From contig JAPDFW010000087.1 in assembly GCA_028826165.1 (NCBI GenBank), positions 248,001 through 312,000 on the forward strand: a stretch of DNA of 64,000 nt, given 5' to 3'. This document shows positions 59,892-64,000 of the stretch, in pieces. This DNA comes from Anaeramoeba ignava BMAN. Lineage: Eukaryota; Protista; Anaeramoebae. The notes beneath the pieces were generated by a model. The model worked only from the letters and a program-made list of their open reading frames with translations. It was not told the origin of the DNA and made no database searches. Position 1 is the stretch's first letter. Each line of letters starts with the position of its first letter. The translations under genes and the position numbers were made by a program.

Positions 59892-62800
59892 AATAATTTA
59901 ATCAAAATATTTAATAATAATTAATTAATATTTAATTTGGAAATTAATATAAAATTATAAATATAAATAAAATATAAATAAATAATAAATTAATTATTAA
60001 TTAAATAATGAAATAAAATTAATTAAAATATTTAATTAATAATTTAATCAAAATATTTAATAATAATTAATTAATATTTAATTTGGAAATTAATATAAAA
60101 TTATAAATATAAATAAAATATAAATAAATAATAAATTAAATTATTAATTAAATAATGAAATAAAATTAATTAAAATATTTAATTAATAATTTAATCAAAA
60201 TATTTAATAATAATTAATTAATATTTAATTTAGAAATTAATATAAAATTATAAATATAAATAAAATATAAATAAATAATAAATTAAATATTAATTAAATA
60301 ATGAAATAAAATTAATTCAAAATATTTAATTAATAATTTAATCAAAATATTTAATAATAATTAATTAATATTTAATTTGGAAATTAATATAAAATTATAA
60401 ATAAAATAAAATATAAATAAATAATAAATTAAATATTAATTAAATAATGAAATAAAATTAATTAAAATATTTAATTAATAATTTAATCAAAATATTTAAT
60501 AATAATTAATTAATATTTAATTTAGAAATTAATATAAAATTATAAATATAAATAAAATATAAATAAATAATAAATTAAATATTAATTAAATAATGAAATA
60601 AAATTAATCAAAATATTTAATTAATAATTTAATCAAAATATTTAATAATAATTAATTAATATTTAATTTAGAAATTAATATAAAATTATAAATATAAATA
60701 AAATATAAATAAATAATAAATCAATTATTAATTAAATAATGAAATAAAATTAATTAAAATATTTAATTAATAATTTAATCAAAATATTTAATAATAATTA
60801 ATTAATATTTAATTTGAAATTAATATAAAATTATAAATATAAATAAAATATAAATAAATAATAAATTAAATATTAATTAAATAATGAAATAAAATTAATT
60901 AAAATATTTAATTAATAATTTAATCAAAATATTTAAATAATAATTAATTAATATTTAATTTAGAAATTAATATAAAATTATAATTATAAATAAAATATAA
61001 ATAAATAATAAATTAATTATTAATTAAATAATGAAATAAAATTAATCAAAATATTTAATTAATAATTTAATCAAAATATTTAATAATAATTAATTAATAT
61101 TTAATTTAGAAATTAATATAAAATTATAAATATAAATAAAATATAAATACAAATAAATTAAACATTAATTAAATAATGAAATAAAATTAATCAAAATATT
61201 TAATTAATAATTTAATCAAAATATTTAATAATAATTAATTAATATTTAATTTAGAAATTAATATAAAATTATAATTATAAATAAAATATAAATAAATAAT
61301 AAATTAAATATTAATTAAATAAAGAAATAAAATTAATTAAAATATTTAATTAATAATTTAATCAAAATATTTAAATAATAATTAATTAATATTTAATTTG
61401 GAAATTAATATAAAATTATAAATATAAATAAAATATAAATAAATAATAAATTAAATATTAATTAAATAATGAAATAAAAATTAATTAAAATATTTAATTA
61501 ATAATTTAATCAAAATATTTAATAATAATTAATTAATATTTAATTTAGAAATTAATATAAAATTATAATTATAAATAAAATATAAATAAATAATAAATTA
61601 AATATTAATTAAATAATGAAATAAAATTAATTAAAATATTTAATTAATAATTTAATCAAAATATTTAATAATAATTAATTAATATTTAATTTAGAAATTA
61701 ATATAAAATTATAAATATAAATAAAATATAAATAAATAATAAATTAAATTATTAATTAAATAATGAAATAAAATTGATCAAAATATTTAATTAATAATTT
61801 AATCAAAATATTTAATAATAATTAATTTATATTTAATTTAGAAATTAATATAAAATTATAAATATAAATAAAATATAAATAAATAATAAATTAATTATTA
61901 ATTAAATAATGAAATAAAATTAATTAAAATATTTAATTAATAATTTAATCAAAATATTTAATAATAATTAATTTAATATTTAATTTAAAATTAATATAAA
62001 ATTATAAATATAAATAAAATATAAATACAAATAAATTAAATATTAATTAAATAATGAAATAAAATTAATTAAAATATTTAATTAATAATTTAATCAAAAT
62101 ATTTAATAATAATTAATTAATATTTAATTTGGAAATTAATATAAAATTATAAATATAAATAAAATTATAAATAAATAATAAATTAATTATTAATTAAATA
62201 ATGAAATAAAATTAATTAAAATATTTAATTAATAATTTAATCAAAATATTTAATAATAATTAATTAATATTTAATTTAGAAATTAATATAAAATTATAAT
62301 TATAAATAAAATATAAATAAATAATAAATTAATTATTAATTAAATAATGAAATAAAATTAATTAAAATATTTAATTAATAATTTAATCAAAATATTTAAT
62401 AATAATTAATTAATATTTAATTTGGAAATTAATATAAAATTATAAATATAAAATAAATTATAAATAAATAATAAATTAATTATTAATTAAATAATGAAAT
62501 AAAATTGATCAAAATATTTAATTAATAATTTAATCAAAATATTTAATAATAATTAATTAATATTTAATTTAAAAATTAATATAAAATTATAAATATAAAT
62601 AAAATATAAATAAATAATAAATTAATTATTAATTAAATAATGAAATAAAATTAATCAAAATATTTAATTAATAATTTAATCAAAATATTTAATAATAATT
62701 AATTAATATTTAATTTAGAAATTAATATAAAATTATAAATAAAAATAAATTATAAATAAATAATAAATCAAATATTAATTAAATAATGAAATAAAATTAA

Positions 62801-64000
62801 TTAAAATATTTAATTAATAATTTAATCAAAATATTAAATAATAATTAATTAATATTTAATTTACAAATTAATATAAAATTATAAATATAAATAAAATATA
62901 AATAAATAATAAATTAAATATTAATTAAATAATGAAATAAAATTGATCAAAATATTTAATTAATAATTTAATCAAAAATATTAAATAATAATTAATTAAT
63001 ATTTAATTTGGAAATTAATATAAAATTATAAATAAAAATAAAATATAAATAAATAATAAATTAAATATTAATTAATTAATGAAATAAAATTAATTAAAAT
63101 ATTTAATTAATAATTTAATCAAAATATTTAATAATAATTAATTAATATTTAATTTGGAAATTAATATAAAATTATAAATATAAATAAAATATAAATAAAT
63201 AATAAATTAATTATTAATTAAATAATGAAATAAAATTGATTAAAATATTTAATTAATAATTTAATCAAAAATATTTAATAATAATTAATTAATATTTAAT
63301 TTAGAAATTAATATAAAATTATAATTATAAATAAAATATAAATAAATAATAAATTAAATATTAATTAAATAAAGAAATAAAATTAATTAAAATATTTAAT
63401 TAATAATTTAATCAAAATATTAAATAATAATTAATTAATATTTAATTTGGAAATTAATATAAAATTATAAATATAAATAAATTATAAATAAATAATAAAT
63501 TAAATATTAATTAAATAATGAAATAAAAATAATTAAAATATTTAATTAATAATTTAATCAAAATATTAAATAATAATTAATTAATATTTAATTTAGAAAT
63601 TAATATAAAATTATAATTATAAATAAAATATAAATAAATAATAAATTAAATATTAATTAAATAAAGAAATAAAATTAATTAAAATATTTAATTAATAATT
63701 TAATCAAAATATTAAATAATAATTAATTAATATTTAATTTAAAAATTAATATAAAATTATAAATATAAATAAAATATAAATAAATAATAAATTAATTATT
63801 AATTAAATAATGAAATAAAATTGATCAAAATATTTAATTAATAATTTAATCAAAATATTTAATAATAATTAATTAATATTTAATTTACAAATTAATATAA
63901 AATTATAAATATAAATAAAATATAAATAAATAATAAATTAATTATTAATTAAATAATGAAATAAAATTATTAAAATATTTAATTAATTATTTAATCAAAA
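59892..64000. repeat. Satellite array with a ~146-bp unit, ~28 copies, running off the window end
   Basis: The landmark C in AATTTAATCAAAATAT falls at 59903, 60049, 60196, 60343, 60488, 60634, 60780, 60925 (spacing 145-147). Units are near-identical and almost pure A/T. Confidence 0.95.

Noticed and set aside
59892-64000. CRISPR-like or telomeric array
   Set aside because: Units are contiguous with no unique spacers, no cas genes are present, and there is no G-rich telomeric unit.
1-64000. Non-standard genetic code, tRNA/rRNA genes, inteins
   Set aside because: TAA, TAG and TGA all end conserved proteins at expected positions, and apparent internal stops are explained by introns or frameshifts. 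I saw no structured GC-richer RNA gene or intein motif by eye, though small ncRNAs could be missed.

Overview
Extremely AT-rich, gene-dense eukaryotic (protist) genomic DNA with the standard genetic code (TAA, TAG and TGA all act as stops), GT-AG spliceosomal introns and proteins full of NQ/NE/KQ low-complexity tracts. The style resembles the metamonad Anaeramoeba; this is an inference only. I reconstructed about 19 protein-coding genes by hand: CWC25 (3' part), EDC4/Ge-1, SRP40/Nopp140, a claudin-like 4-TM protein, RIO1 kinase, an IQ-DH-PH RhoGEF, an MRH-domain sorting receptor, an NT-C2 protein, a SANT/Myb protein, a TLDc-FHA-AAA ATPase, a SARAF-like protein, two tandem 4-TM paralogues, Vps34, an H2A variant, one unknown, and two paralogous large proteins. 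Most long introns and intergenic gaps are filled with their own micro/minisatellite, and the last 4.1 kb is a ~146-bp satellite array. Most notable: (1) the two large paralogues (1253-4956, 37974-41909) look like catalytically dead, domesticated ISAzo13/IS630-type DDE transposases with an HMG-like N-terminus and a C-terminal C2H2 finger; (2) SARAF with three tandem luminal domains; (3) Vps34 lacking its C2 domain; (4) a TLDc-FHA-AAA fusion; (5) a nucleosome-length satellite next to an atypical H2A; (6) a recent gene duplicate whose divergence is concentrated in two coding patches. Several frameshifts in repeats or homopolymers are probably assembly errors. Family assignments come from remembered motifs, not from searches.
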